Source: Candidatus Levybacteria bacterium RIFCSPHIGHO2_01_FULL_37_17 (GTDB taxonomy: Bacteria; Patescibacteriota; Microgenomatia; Levybacterales; UBA12049). From it: a stretch of 64,000 bases of DNA. Where the stretch lies: the NCBI GenBank assembly GCA_001782035.1, contig MFNL01000002.1:124865-188864 (forward strand). The letters are read 5' to 3'. A model generated the notes under the pieces. It was not told where the DNA came from, ran no database searches, and worked only from the letters and a program-made list of their open reading frames with translations. The translations under genes and the position numbers were made by a program. Shown here piece after piece: positions 10,506-20,238 of the stretch (the stretch's first letter is position 1; every line of letters begins with the position of its first letter).

Positions 10506-11173
10506 GAATATCGGTTATAACTCTTTTCCCGCAGATGTTTTCATCTATGTTTAATACATCTATTATAAAAAGAGCAACTGAGAAAAAAATTATGACAATA
10601 GATTTTATTAATTTGAGGGACTTTGGAATAGGAAAACATAAGCTTGTAGATGACACTCCATATGGTGGTGGAGCAGGAATGGTGTTAAGAGTTGATGTTG
10701 TCCAAAAAGCAATCGAATCGGTTAAGCAAAATGGGGGATACGAAAAAATTATTTTATTGTCAGCACATGGCAAACAATTTAACCAAAAAATTGCAAGAGA
10801 ACTTTCATCTTTTTCACATTTAATAATTGTTTGCGGCCATTACGAAGGATTTGACGAAAGGATTAAAAAATACGCGGACGAGGAACTAAGTATTGGAGAT
10901 TTTATAGTAACAGGAGGAGAAATACCAGCAATGCTTATTATTGATAGCGTTGGAAGACTTGTTTCCGGTGTTATAAAAAAAGAATCTTTGGAAAATGAAT
11001 CCTTTTCTCCACATCTAGAATATCCTCAATATACAAAACCAAATGAATATAATGGACAAAAAGTTCCCAATATCTTATTATCCGGAAATCATAAAAAGAT
11101 TTCTGAGTGGAGAAAAGAAAAATCAATAAGTATTACAAAAAAACTGAGGCCTGATCTTATTGGAAAGGGTTAA
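10502..11173 (+). CDS. trmD: tRNA (guanine37-N1)-methyltransferase
   Basis: SPOUT fold motifs (YGGGAGMV, CGHYEGFDER, SIGDFIVTGGE). Confidence 0.9.
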   Translation: MRISVITLFPQMFSSMFNTSIIKRATEKKIMTIDFINLRDFGIGKHKLVDDTPYGGGAGMVLRVDVVQKAIESVKQNGGYEKIILLSAHGKQFNQKIARELSSFSHLIIVCGHYEGFDERIKKYADEELSIGDFIVTGGEIPAMLIIDSVGRLVSGVIKKESLENESFSPHLEYPQYTKPNEYNGQKVPNILLSGNHKKISEWRKEKSISITKKLRPDLIGKG

Positions 11174-11906
11174 TTCTTGCTGAATCAGTAGAAAAGTTTT
11201 CCAAATCAATACTTATTGGAACGCCTTCAAAAACTGCTTCTGACCACATATTTGATTTTGTAATTAAATCCTTATCTTTCTGGGAAAAAGAAACGACGGG
11301 AAGACTATTGTCAAGGCTGACTTGCGGAAGTGCTTTATAGTAAAAAAGGATTTTCATATTTGTATTCCCACTGCCTAGTTTCAGCGTATTAATTTGAGCA
11401 ATTGGAGCAGACTTGTACAGATTTTTTACGAAATCTACAGTTGTTTTATCCGTTCCTGAAACACTCAATGTTATCTGAATTGTAGGAAATGTAACTCCCT
11501 GCTCTTTTTCGTTCAAATCTCCAACGGTGAATTCAAAATTCCCAACAGATACGCCCGACTTTGCAGCATTTGAGGAAATGGAATTTATAATACCTGCAAA
11601 ATCCTTTGTTCCAGGAAGAACTTTATTTAGAGCTGTCAAGTCTTTAGTCAGCTCCTCCTCGTTCATAAGTGAAAGGTTGCTGTTGCTATTTTTTAGGGAT
11701 TCGAGTTTTCGTATTTCCTCCGATTCAGTTGCTTTTGCGGAAATAACTCCCTGCACTTGCGGGATCAAAATTATAAAAAAAAGAATTAAAGAAGCAGCGA
11801 TCACAGCAAATGGCAAGAAAAAATTCTTATATTGCTTGTAAACAGTTAAAAATGTAGATAAATCTGCATTAAATCTAATATCTTTTAAGTCTTTACTTAA
11901 ATCCAT
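11157..11906 (-). CDS. pilO: type IV pilus assembly protein PilO-like
   Basis: Single N-terminal TM plus periplasmic domain. Position after pilM and pilN. Confidence 0.55.
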   Translation of the reverse strand: MDLSKDLKDIRFNADLSTFLTVYKQYKNFFLPFAVIAASLILFFIILIPQVQGVISAKATESEEIRKLESLKNSNSNLSLMNEEELTKDLTALNKVLPGTKDFAGIINSISSNAAKSGVSVGNFEFTVGDLNEKEQGVTFPTIQITLSVSGTDKTTVDFVKNLYKSAPIAQINTLKLGSGNTNMKILFYYKALPQVSLDNSLPVVSFSQKDKDLITKSNMWSEAVFEGVPISIDLENFSTDSARINPFQ

Positions 11907-12442
11907 TATAATACCTCCGCTGAGAAACTTACCGAATATCTACCTGCCTGCGCATTTAAAGTTAGAGACTCTAGTTTTACAGACTTAATTACTTTTCCAT
12001 CAGACCCAAGAGAGACTAGGGAATGTATTACTTCATCAATTGAGCGCAAAGAAGCGCTGGACATTTCTATTTGTATCAACCTAGACTCGATACTCATAGA
12101 ATCGACAGTTACATTTTCCGGAATCTTTGAAAATACTGAATCTATAGATGCGGTGTAATCCATTCGGGAAGCAAGTAAAGAATTAATGTTATTCAGTCTG
12201 TCTTTTATTAAAAAATAGCTTGATAACTTTTTGGGGGAAGCACTAATCTGAGAAAGTGTTTGTGCCTGTTCGCTTTTGATTTTAGATATTGGAATTTGAG
12301 TGGTAATTATAAAAGCTGCGATAGAAAAAAACGCAATAGCTACAAGAAGCACTACAGCTATGACTCGTAGAATCAAAAGCAACCTTTGTTCTCTTTCCAA
12401 AGCGTCACTGCGGGTTGATACTAAATTAATACTGCTATTCAT
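11906..12442 (-). CDS. pilN: type IV pilus assembly protein PilN-like
   Basis: Small bitopic protein with N-terminal TM and coiled region, directly downstream of pilM. Confidence 0.55.
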   Translation of the reverse strand: MNSSINLVSTRSDALEREQRLLLILRVIAVVLLVAIAFFSIAAFIITTQIPISKIKSEQAQTLSQISASPKKLSSYFLIKDRLNNINSLLASRMDYTASIDSVFSKIPENVTVDSMSIESRLIQIEMSSASLRSIDEVIHSLVSLGSDGKVIKSVKLESLTLNAQAGRYSVSFSAEVL

Positions 12443-13469
12443 AATCTCTCATCGCCAGTCCTACTGCGATAGGGTAATCGGAGGCGTTCTGAAGAACCTC
12501 TTTAGGAATTTGTTGGGAAGACAGGGATTTCCATGGATTGGCAATAGCTGTTTCAATTCCTGAGTTTTGAGCAAAAAAGATTTCTATGCCTGGCAGCTTA
12601 GCGGTTCCGCCTGAAAGTATAATTTGTCTTATTTTATCTCCCTCCTTATACTTTTGTTCATAAAAAGCGATTGATTTTTTGATTTCGGTTAGTATAGAAT
12701 TTAAAATTGGTTCAGTGGACTTTCCAATTTTGCCTCCTAAATTTTTTCCGGAAACCCCATAAACTCTTTTGTATTCTTCTGCTTGCTGAGGGGTAAGGTT
12801 AAAATCAGTTGCTATAGCCCTATTTATTGCTGCTCCTCCTATTGACATAGAGTATGTGAATATTATTATTCCGGCCTTAACTATTGCAATTGAGGTACTA
12901 ATTGCTCCTATATTAACTACAAGGCTCGTTGGGAAATTCTCATTAGGAACTAATGCTCTAATTGTTGCAAGGATTTCCGTTTCCATTGTGTTTATCTCAA
13001 GCCCCGCCAGTGTTAGAATTTTCTGGTATTTATTTACAAGAAGTGTAGGGGCACCAACCATCAAGACTTGCATCTTATCAGTCGTAACTTTAGCAATGGG
13101 TCTTTTTAATACATCCCAAACTAACTTAATATTAGAAAGAGGGACTGGAATATATTGCTCGGCCTCCCAGTAAATTGCTGCTGCTATCTCTTTATCGGAC
13201 AAAACGGGCATTTCTAAAACTTTTGTGTATACTTGGTTTTCTGGCAAGGCTATATTTACTCGTCTAGTAGGCACGCCAGCGGTTTCTACGGCTTTTCTTA
13301 AAGCTTGAGCCATTTCCTCTTCATCTAACGGGGCTTCGGAAAGCATTCCACGAGCCGGAACGGGTGCAATTAAGGCTGCTTTTAAAATAAAACCACTTGC
13401 CTCTTTATCGAGCCAAACAAGTTTTAGGGATGTAGCCCCTATGTCTAATCCAAATATTTTTTTATTCAT
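12435..13469 (-). CDS. pilM: type IV pilus assembly ATPase-fold protein PilM
   Basis: Actin-like fold signature FGLDIGATSLK. Size 344 aa. Operon context. Confidence 0.8.
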   Translation of the reverse strand: MNKKIFGLDIGATSLKLVWLDKEASGFILKAALIAPVPARGMLSEAPLDEEEMAQALRKAVETAGVPTRRVNIALPENQVYTKVLEMPVLSDKEIAAAIYWEAEQYIPVPLSNIKLVWDVLKRPIAKVTTDKMQVLMVGAPTLLVNKYQKILTLAGLEINTMETEILATIRALVPNENFPTSLVVNIGAISTSIAIVKAGIIIFTYSMSIGGAAINRAIATDFNLTPQQAEEYKRVYGVSGKNLGGKIGKSTEPILNSILTEIKKSIAFYEQKYKEGDKIRQIILSGGTAKLPGIEIFFAQNSGIETAIANPWKSLSSQQIPKEVLQNASDYPIAVGLAMRDYE

Positions 13470-14281
13470 TAATGGCTGGGAATGAGTAATGAGTATGGGA
13501 AAAAGTCGGCAGGAAGTTCTGGGAAGCCTTGAAAGACTGTTACTTTACGAGTGGCTTGCGAACTTGATGTGCAATCGGGAACACATCCCGTTGCTGAAAT
13601 TATTTTTCCCTGTAAAGGCAAAGGTGTTGCGGAAGTAACAGCCATAAATGAGTCTTTATAAACAGGGATCACTCTTACTAGCATTCCATTGGTTACGGTA
13701 ACTGCTGCTCTGTATCTAAGCGTCTTTCCTTCTACTGTATATCCTGCTGACTCAAAAGGGTCACTAAATCCATTTCCCCTGCCTGCGGGATCAATTGCAT
13801 ATCTTTTAATATTGGCCGAGGCAACATCAGCCCCTGATATAACTGCTATTTCTAAAGCAGCATTATTGAGGGGCGTTGTTGATTCCCCCCAATATATATA
13901 AAGTGTTCCGTTCCACTTCTGATTCCATTGGGTCGCATCTCCGGTATACGGAGAAAGCCAGATATAGGTTCCTTTATCCTGCTCAACTGCAACACCACCG
14001 TTAACTAGGAATGAGGAGCCAGAAACATCATTTATAGTTGTGCTATATTTTGTGTTTGTAAAACTACCATTGGCTATTGCGGTTCCGCTTTTTATAGTCT
14101 GCTCTATTCCGGCCTCTGCTGCTGCTAGAGCTTTCTGTGAGTCGACCTGTTCCTGAGTGGTTCTAAGATTAACAACTGCTCTTGATATAACAGAAAGGGT
14201 AATAGTTAAGGCCACAACCATTACCAAAACAATAATAAGTAAGGCCTGGCCTTTACTGTTTAGTATTTGTCGTTTGAGCAT
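13469..14281 (-). CDS. PilX-like minor pilin
   Basis: N-terminal KGQALLIIVLVMVVALTITL hydrophobic segment typical of the PilX N-terminal domain. Confidence 0.6.
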   Translation of the reverse strand: MLKRQILNSKGQALLIIVLVMVVALTITLSVISRAVVNLRTTQEQVDSQKALAAAEAGIEQTIKSGTAIANGSFTNTKYSTTINDVSGSSFLVNGGVAVEQDKGTYIWLSPYTGDATQWNQKWNGTLYIYWGESTTPLNNAALEIAVISGADVASANIKRYAIDPAGRGNGFSDPFESAGYTVEGKTLRYRAAVTVTNGMLVRVIPVYKDSFMAVTSATPLPLQGKIISATGCVPDCTSSSQATRKVTVFQGFPELPADFFPYSLLIPSH

Positions 14282-14321
14282 AATTGCCTACTTATAGAGT
14301 AACAACAAAATCGAAGTTTTG

Positions 14322-14921
14322 TCAATCTCCACTGTTTCTAAATACTACAGACGTAGAGAAGGGAACCGATAACTTATTTTCGATAAAACTGGAGGATCCG
14401 GTTGCGGAAAGTGTAAAATAAATATCTATTGAGGGAGGTAAGGCAGTATTGCTTTGCCTACATATAAAATAGCAGCTACCTTGGTCGATGGTAACCTCTC
14501 GTGCATTTATAAGATTTGCGCTGTTAGATGAAATTGTTTTTGGACTATCTGAAGCATTATCTTTGCATATAAACTCAGTTTGTCCTCCGTCAAAATTCGT
14601 AAACTTTAAATATTTATACTTAATGGGAGTAGGCGTAGGGGAGGGAGGCGGAGGCAGAGTTACTATACAATTGGGATCATAAGAGCTCCCATTTACGCTT
14701 GCACCATCAAATCCTTGGGAATACCTTATCATTTTTGCCATTTGAGTTATGGCAAAGTTTCCTTCTTGTCTCACCTCATTAACAGTTACGCTTCTATTGC
14801 CGCCTCGCAGTGAAGAAGTAATAATTGCCGTTACAATCCCTCCGACGGTAATTAAAATTATCATTACAGCTAAAAGCTCAATAAGTGTATAACCTTTTTC
14901 TAAATTCTTAATTCTAATCAT
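14322..14921 (-). CDS. minor pilin (prepilin-type N-terminal cleavage/methylation domain)
   Basis: KGYTLIELLAVMIIL class III signal peptide. Confidence 0.7.
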   Translation of the reverse strand: MIRIKNLEKGYTLIELLAVMIILITVGGIVTAIITSSLRGGNRSVTVNEVRQEGNFAITQMAKMIRYSQGFDGASVNGSSYDPNCIVTLPPPPSPTPTPIKYKYLKFTNFDGGQTEFICKDNASDSPKTISSNSANLINAREVTIDQGSCYFICRQSNTALPPSIDIYFTLSATGSSSFIENKLSVPFSTSVVFRNSGD

Positions 14922-15409
14922 GGTGTTGGGACGCTATTAATATTATTTAGACAAGTTTCAAGTAGGGCATTGTGGCAATAATCAGTGTCGTTTGCACACT
15001 TGCTATCTGACCAGGCAACTGTTACGGTAGCTTTCCTTGCGCCTGTGCCACAATTTAACGTGCTGATATCAACTGATCTTACAAATAAATTATTGATATT
15101 TTTATTACAACTCGTAACGGGCCCCCCCGAAACCTCGGATACTCCCTCGGCCATGCAATACTGACCTACAGCTAGAGTAGAAAAACTAGCCCAGTCATTA
15201 CGGGCTTGAGTTCTTATGGACTCCAAACCCTGCTCAGCATAAGTTTTTGCTAAGTTTTGATTTTTTGAAAAATCAGAGTTGCTTACAGCAGTAATTACGG
15301 CAACAGCAATAGTCGAAATTACAATTACAGCAGCGCCAAGGGCAACTAATGCTTCAATTAAGCCCTGTCCAATTTGTCTTCTAAGGACTTGTGACAGATA
15401 TATTTCCAT
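14918..15409 (-). CDS. pilin-like protein with atypical N-terminus
   Basis: GQGLIEALVALGAAVIV has a hydrophobic alpha1 and E5-equivalent but a noncanonical cleavage site. Operon context. Confidence 0.45.
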   Translation of the reverse strand: MEIYLSQVLRRQIGQGLIEALVALGAAVIVISTIAVAVITAVSNSDFSKNQNLAKTYAEQGLESIRTQARNDWASFSTLAVGQYCMAEGVSEVSGGPVTSCNKNINNLFVRSVDISTLNCGTGARKATVTVAWSDSKCANDTDYCHNALLETCLNNINSVPTP

Positions 15410-15905
15410 CGTTTTGAATAGTAATTGTTCTTGTCATATTTTGCCCCACCCAGGCTCCAGTAAGTGTAATGGTAGCAGGAGTTATTCCCCCCGACAATAC
15501 ATTGTAGGAAATATCCGCTGTTGATGTATTTACGCTAATAGGAGACGGAAAAGAATGTAATATATTTGACGTTCCCTCTATTGGCACATCAACCTTTAGA
15601 TCTATTCCACCCGCCTGCACGCAAACTACGTATAATCTGTAACTGTTATCGTTGTTACTTATATTAACTCTGTATTCCTTTAAAATGTCATTGCTACTAC
15701 AATCGCTTGGTTTAACCTGCGACTGGGCTTTAGCTTTTGCTAAGTTAAGCGTTGAAACCAATTGATTTGCTTCGTTGTCAATAGCTTGAGTTCTGCTATA
15801 TGTAACAAACGATGCAAATCCCACAACAGAAATTATGGAAATAATTGAAAAGGCGACAATTAGCTCAATCAGAGTGAAGCCTTTTGAGCTGTGAATTCTT
15901 ATCAT
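15381..15905 (-). CDS. minor pilin (GspH/FimT-like)
   Basis: KGFTLIELIVAFSII prepilin signal. Confidence 0.7.
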   Translation of the reverse strand: MIRIHSSKGFTLIELIVAFSIISIISVVGFASFVTYSRTQAIDNEANQLVSTLNLAKAKAQSQVKPSDCSSNDILKEYRVNISNNDNSYRLYVVCVQAGGIDLKVDVPIEGTSNILHSFPSPISVNTSTADISYNVLSGGITPATITLTGAWVGQNMTRTITIQNDGNISVTSP

Positions 15906-16366
15906 GGGTTAGTAACGGTGAATGACCAATTAGTAGATCCACCCGTACAATAAGTTGAATTATTTGATGGATCTTTCTGAGCATCACTTGTGTTTTCAAG
16001 ACAAGCATATAAACAATAAGCCGCTGTACATCCACCAGCTCCATTTATTCTATAGCTATATATACTCTGTCCGCTATTTAAGGGATCGGTTGGCACTTTT
16101 TGCATATATGTAGTTCCCCCGGAAGTTAGTGCTTGCCCAGAAGTAACAGTATTTGGATAACTGGAAAGATCAGATCTATAAAGCTCAAGTGCCGATTGTA
16201 TTTGGCGTAAATCTGCTTTTCTTTGGGAATCTCTTGCGCGTTGCCTTACTCCGATAAAATTTGCCATTAAAAGAGCTGACAATACCCCAATTATCGCAAT
16301 TACAATTAGAAGCTCTATTAATGTAAAACCTCGGCTCCTATTATAAACTCTTAATTCTAAATTCAT
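15902..16366 (-). CDS. pilin (GspG/PilA-like)
   Basis: RGFTLIELLIVIAIIGVLSA followed by RQRARDSQRKADL, characteristic of the GspG family. Confidence 0.75.
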   Translation of the reverse strand: MNLELRVYNRSRGFTLIELLIVIAIIGVLSALLMANFIGVRQRARDSQRKADLRQIQSALELYRSDLSSYPNTVTSGQALTSGGTTYMQKVPTDPLNSGQSIYSYRINGAGGCTAAYCLYACLENTSDAQKDPSNNSTYCTGGSTNWSFTVTNP

Positions 16367-16374
16367 AATTCTAT

Positions 16375-16875
16375 CTATGGTGATGTATTAGGACTCGTAA
16401 CGCCGTAATTACAAACTCCTCCACATGCTGCAGGAGCATTTGTGCATTTAGCACCGCTTGAGAAACATGCTTGTGGATCTTTACCTCCTTTATCTAGGCT
16501 AGCATAAAGATAGTAAGATTGTCCATCAGAGGCGTCAACGTATACATAATTATTTGTTGTTTTTGAATCTTTTGGAAGTACGCTCATATAAGGCGCCCAG
16601 CTTGCACCCCAATCAATTATATTTTTCTGTCCGACTCTGTCATCGTAAATACGATAATCATTTGCAGGGTTATTAATCGGATATTTGCCCGTGTCCTGAT
16701 AATAAGACTCCAAGGCTTTCTGCACTTGTGAAAGGTCTGATTTTCTTTTTGCATCGCTTCCTTTTTGAAATTGTGCAAAAGGATCCAAAGTTGCAATTAG
16801 AGCTGCCGACATAATCCCAAGTATCCCAACAACTACGAGTAACTCAACAAGTGTAAATCCACGGGCAGATCTCAT
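16375..16875 (-). CDS. pilin (GspG/PilA-like)
   Basis: RGFTLVELLVVVGILGIMSA followed by GSDAKRKSDL. Confidence 0.75.
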   Translation of the reverse strand: MRSARGFTLVELLVVVGILGIMSAALIATLDPFAQFQKGSDAKRKSDLSQVQKALESYYQDTGKYPINNPANDYRIYDDRVGQKNIIDWGASWAPYMSVLPKDSKTTNNYVYVDASDGQSYYLYASLDKGGKDPQACFSSGAKCTNAPAACGGVCNYGVTSPNTSP

Positions 16876-16890
16876 ATATTTATTATATTA

Positions 16891-17745
16891 CTATTGATAA
16901 CTTGTGCAAATCGGTTCAATGCAAGTATTTCCAGATCTGTTTTGATAACAAGTAAGAGATCCTCCCGCAAAATCACATTGCGTAACCGGACTTATGGAAT
17001 TGCAATTTTGTGACCCTAGAGGTTTTGCATAAACGGTTCCCGTGCAAGTAAATGGCGGCGGGGTGGGGGAAGTAGAGGGCGTTATGGTGGGAGTATTTGT
17101 TGGACCCGGCGTTGGGGTATTTGTTGAAGTAGCATCTGGTGTTGGGGTATTTGTTGAAGTGGGACCGGAAGTAGGAGTTACTATGGGCAGACTAAAGCCA
17201 TTTATAAAGCTACAATCGACCTGGCCCGATACAGAACAGTAATTGTAACCCAGAGAACTGTAGTTGGTTGGGAGACAATTTGATAATTGCTCAAGTGGAC
17301 AGTTAACGCTTGTGACTAAAGACTTATTAAGCTTTACAAAAATAACATTCCATTGCGGACAACTAACTCTGTCATCAACGACGTAAATATAACTCCCGCC
17401 ATCAGGGTCTGTTGGGATATTTTTTATATAATTTTGATTTAGGTAGGTAGACGTAAGCTGCAGAGGGTAACAGTTAATATCGTTATAGTAAGTGTCTGCA
17501 GCTGTTTGGATTTGCTTAATATCGCTTTGCTTCTTTGTGTCTTTTGCTTTCTGAAGCTGGGTAAATGGATTAAGTGTAAATATTAAAAAACCCACTAAAA
17601 CGCCTAACAACCCGATTGCAATTAGAAGTTCAACCAACGTGAAACCAAGGACAAAATTTTTTCTCCTAAATAAAGCGTTATAAATGTTCCTAAGACTAAA
17701 AAAGGGCCGAAGGGAATTGCGTCTTTTAGCTTTAATCTTCCCCAT
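16891..17745 (-). CDS. pilin-like protein with Thr/Pro-rich repeat linker and Cys-rich C-terminal domain (start uncertain; ORF overlaps pilD by 124 nt)
   Basis: LGFTLVELLIAIGLLGVL prepilin motif. The C-terminus has TSTNTPTP tandem repeats, then about 14 Cys. Confidence 0.65.
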   Translation of the reverse strand: MGKIKAKRRNSLRPFFSLRNIYNALFRRKNFVLGFTLVELLIAIGLLGVLVGFLIFTLNPFTQLQKAKDTKKQSDIKQIQTAADTYYNDINCYPLQLTSTYLNQNYIKNIPTDPDGGSYIYVVDDRVSCPQWNVIFVKLNKSLVTSVNCPLEQLSNCLPTNYSSLGYNYCSVSGQVDCSFINGFSLPIVTPTSGPTSTNTPTPDATSTNTPTPGPTNTPTITPSTSPTPPPFTCTGTVYAKPLGSQNCNSISPVTQCDFAGGSLTCYQNRSGNTCIEPICTSYQ

Positions 17746-18404
17746 AAAATAAGTATGAGCGAGTAGAATGCACCTGTCAAGAACGCTATATAAAAAGCTA
17801 TGACTATGTTTGGAAAGCCTAGAATAATCCCCATCAAGAAGGCAAATTTTATATCTCCTCCGCCCATGCTTTCTTTTTTCCTAACAAAATAGTAAACTGC
17901 CGAAATTAAGATAAGAAATAGGGAAGCCCCAATTGCAGTGAGTAAATGATTAATTACTAATGGCTGGTGATTAACAATTAGCCAAAGAACTGTTACACAA
18001 ACGGCAGGAAAAACTATTTTATTGGGAATTATTCCATATTTTAAATCTGTAAAGAAAACGACAATCAAGTTGGAAATAATAAATAAGTAGAATATTAGAT
18101 TGTAGGTAGTAGATTGTAGGTAGTAGATTGTAAGCCAGTAGGTAAACGCAAATAATATGCCTGTAGTAAGTTCAATGGCCGGATAAAAGATTGAGAGCGG
18201 CTTTTCGCAATTTCTGCATTTCCCACTCTGTATAATAAAAGACAAAACAGGTATTAGCTCATACCACCTAAGTTCTTTTTTACAAAAGTCACACCTAGAG
18301 TGTCCAAGTAAAAAGGGTTTGTTTTTGGGAATTCTATCAACCAAAACTCCCAGAAAAGATCCAACGAACAGACCAAGAATTGCTAACAAGACGACAAATG
18401 GCAC
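17622..18404 (-). CDS. pilD: prepilin peptidase (A24 family)
   Basis: CxxC...CxxC zinc motif (CDFCKKEL...CRNCEK), GGGDIKF catalytic Asp region, and multiple TM segments. Confidence 0.85.
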   Translation of the reverse strand: MPFVVLLAILGLFVGSFLGVLVDRIPKNKPFLLGHSRCDFCKKELRWYELIPVLSFIIQSGKCRNCEKPLSIFYPAIELTTGILFAFTYWLTIYYLQSTTYNLIFYLFIISNLIVVFFTDLKYGIIPNKIVFPAVCVTVLWLIVNHQPLVINHLLTAIGASLFLILISAVYYFVRKKESMGGGDIKFAFLMGIILGFPNIVIAFYIAFLTGAFYSLILILWGRLKLKDAIPFGPFLVLGTFITLYLGEKILSLVSRWLNF

Positions 18405-18431
18405 AATGAGGTAATTATATCATTCTGAAGG

Positions 18432-19001
18432 TTACTGGATGCACCAGTAGCATACTGTAGTTCCAGATCCTTGTCCAATACAAGTGGCGGAAGGGTTAGC
18501 AATCGGTGTGCCGGTGATAGTATATTTTGTATTTACATCGCTTCTTTGTGCTTTGGATTGCGGAGCAAAACAAGCTATAACCTCATTGTTTGAGGAAGTT
18601 GAAGTTACTGCAACCCCATCTAAATTAGCCGAGCTACTAAAAGCAGTTTTCAACTCACCATCATTAACAAGATCAGTAGTGCAACCCACCATTCTTGATG
18701 TATCTAATAATTCTCCGCTTGGAAAACCAGATCCAATGCAAGTAGCTGAGCCGCCTGTTGCCCATGGTAATCTGTTATGAGTTGTATAGTATCTAATATT
18801 TGCATTTACGAATTCAACAGCAAGATTCTTAACATTTGCATCTTGAGCTTTTTTAAGCTGCTCAAAGGGGTCGATTGTGGCAATTAATGCTGCTGCTAAA
18901 ATTCCAAGAATTCCAATTACTACGAGGAGCTCAATAAGGGTAAAGCCTTTTACTCCCTTAAAGCGAGCGAGCAGTTTTCTCATATAATTAATGATAATCA
19001 T
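18432..19001 (-). CDS. pilA: type IV major pilin candidate
   Basis: KGFTLIELLVVIGILGILAAALIATI. Located immediately downstream of pilC and upstream of pilD. Confidence 0.75.
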   Translation of the reverse strand: MIIINYMRKLLARFKGVKGFTLIELLVVIGILGILAAALIATIDPFEQLKKAQDANVKNLAVEFVNANIRYYTTHNRLPWATGGSATCIGSGFPSGELLDTSRMVGCTTDLVNDGELKTAFSSSANLDGVAVTSTSSNNEVIACFAPQSKAQRSDVNTKYTITGTPIANPSATCIGQGSGTTVCYWCIQ

Positions 19002-19034
19002 ATATGAATTTCCTTGTCAATAGCCAGTTTAAAT

Positions 19035-20237
19035 CTATTGGATGTTTGAAATTAGACTGTATATTGGTGTAATAACCGAAATGATTAAAAAAGCAACCCC
19101 AATTCCCAAAATAACCATAATAAAAGGCTCCATAGCTGTAGTTAGGGTTTTGACGGTCTGATCTACTTCTCTTTCAAAGTACTCTGATGCTTTCTGCAAG
19201 TTCTCATCCATTTTGCCTGTTTGTTCACCAATTTTTACAAGTTGTACTAAAAGCTGGGGGAATAGGGGAGAATAGGACATAGACTGTCCGACACTAACCC
19301 CCTTTTCAACTTGGTTTGAAACTGCCAGTATTGCATTCTTATAATGTACGTTCCCTGCGATATTTGCCGTTTCGTTTAAGGCCTCAACCACCAAAGTTCC
19401 GGTGCCAACCAAAAGACCGAAGGTTCTAGAAAATTCCGCAAGTATTGTTTTTTTAATTAACTCACCAAATATCGGAAGCTTGAGGATTAAATTATCGATT
19501 ATAAGTCTTCCTCCGACTGTTGCAGCCCATTTATGATACCCTATGTATCCAAGCACTGCCCCAACTAGAATCACCGGCCAAAGAAACGCAAAGCCTTTGG
19601 ACATGCCCAAAAGTATTTGGGTTGGAAGTGGAAGTTCTATATTTAAGTTTGAATATAAAACAGTAAGCTGCGGAATAACAAAAACCATCATAACTACCAT
19701 AACAACTATCATTAATACTATGACTATTACCGGGTACATCAAGGCACCTCTTATTGTGGATTTTAACTTTGCCTCCTTTTCTAAATTATCGGCAAGCCTA
19801 AGTAGCACCCTATCTAAAAGCCCGGATGATTCCCCAGCTTGGATAATGGAAACATAAATCGGGCTAAATACTTTTGGGTGTTTTTGCATTGCCTGGGAAA
19901 ATGTTCTTCCTTCCGAAACGTCGTTTATAATAGCAGTAACGACTTCCGTCATCGCAGCATTTTCGATTTGTTCTTTTAATATTTCAAGTGCGCGAAGCAA
20001 AGTCAGTCCGCTTGAAAGCATTGATGACATTTGTCTTGTAAAAATAATCAAATCCTGAGTTTTTACCCTGTTTAAAAAGGGGATATAATTGCTCAGCTGG
20101 TTTTCAACTTCGGTGATAGAAATCGGAAGAAGTTCCTTTCCACGTAGATAAGCAGCTGCGGATGTTATATCTTTTGCTTCAAGTAAGCCTTGAGTTATTT
20201 TTCCATCTTTTGTGGCAGCCTTATAACGTAATCTCAT
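19035..20237 (-). CDS. pilC: type IV pilus platform protein PilC (GspF family)
   Basis: 400 aa with two GspF repeats and three TM blocks. Confidence 0.85.
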   Translation of the reverse strand: MRLRYKAATKDGKITQGLLEAKDITSAAAYLRGKELLPISITEVENQLSNYIPFLNRVKTQDLIIFTRQMSSMLSSGLTLLRALEILKEQIENAAMTEVVTAIINDVSEGRTFSQAMQKHPKVFSPIYVSIIQAGESSGLLDRVLLRLADNLEKEAKLKSTIRGALMYPVIVIVLMIVVMVVMMVFVIPQLTVLYSNLNIELPLPTQILLGMSKGFAFLWPVILVGAVLGYIGYHKWAATVGGRLIIDNLILKLPIFGELIKKTILAEFSRTFGLLVGTGTLVVEALNETANIAGNVHYKNAILAVSNQVEKGVSVGQSMSYSPLFPQLLVQLVKIGEQTGKMDENLQKASEYFEREVDQTVKTLTTAMEPFIMVILGIGVAFLIISVITPIYSLISNIQ

Positions 20238-20238
20238 A

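Noticed and set aside
17042-17242. Plus-strand ORF (GVGVFVEV repeats) and other antisense or nested ORFs (364-555, 2913-3140, 5517-5744, 7184-7537, 19543-19857, 22020-22355, 23394-23834, 35935-36387, 37463-37999, 56411-56689, 56786-57712 set, and others)
   Set aside because: They are entirely embedded in, and antisense to, well-supported conserved genes. Many are mirror images of repeats, and none has a family signature.
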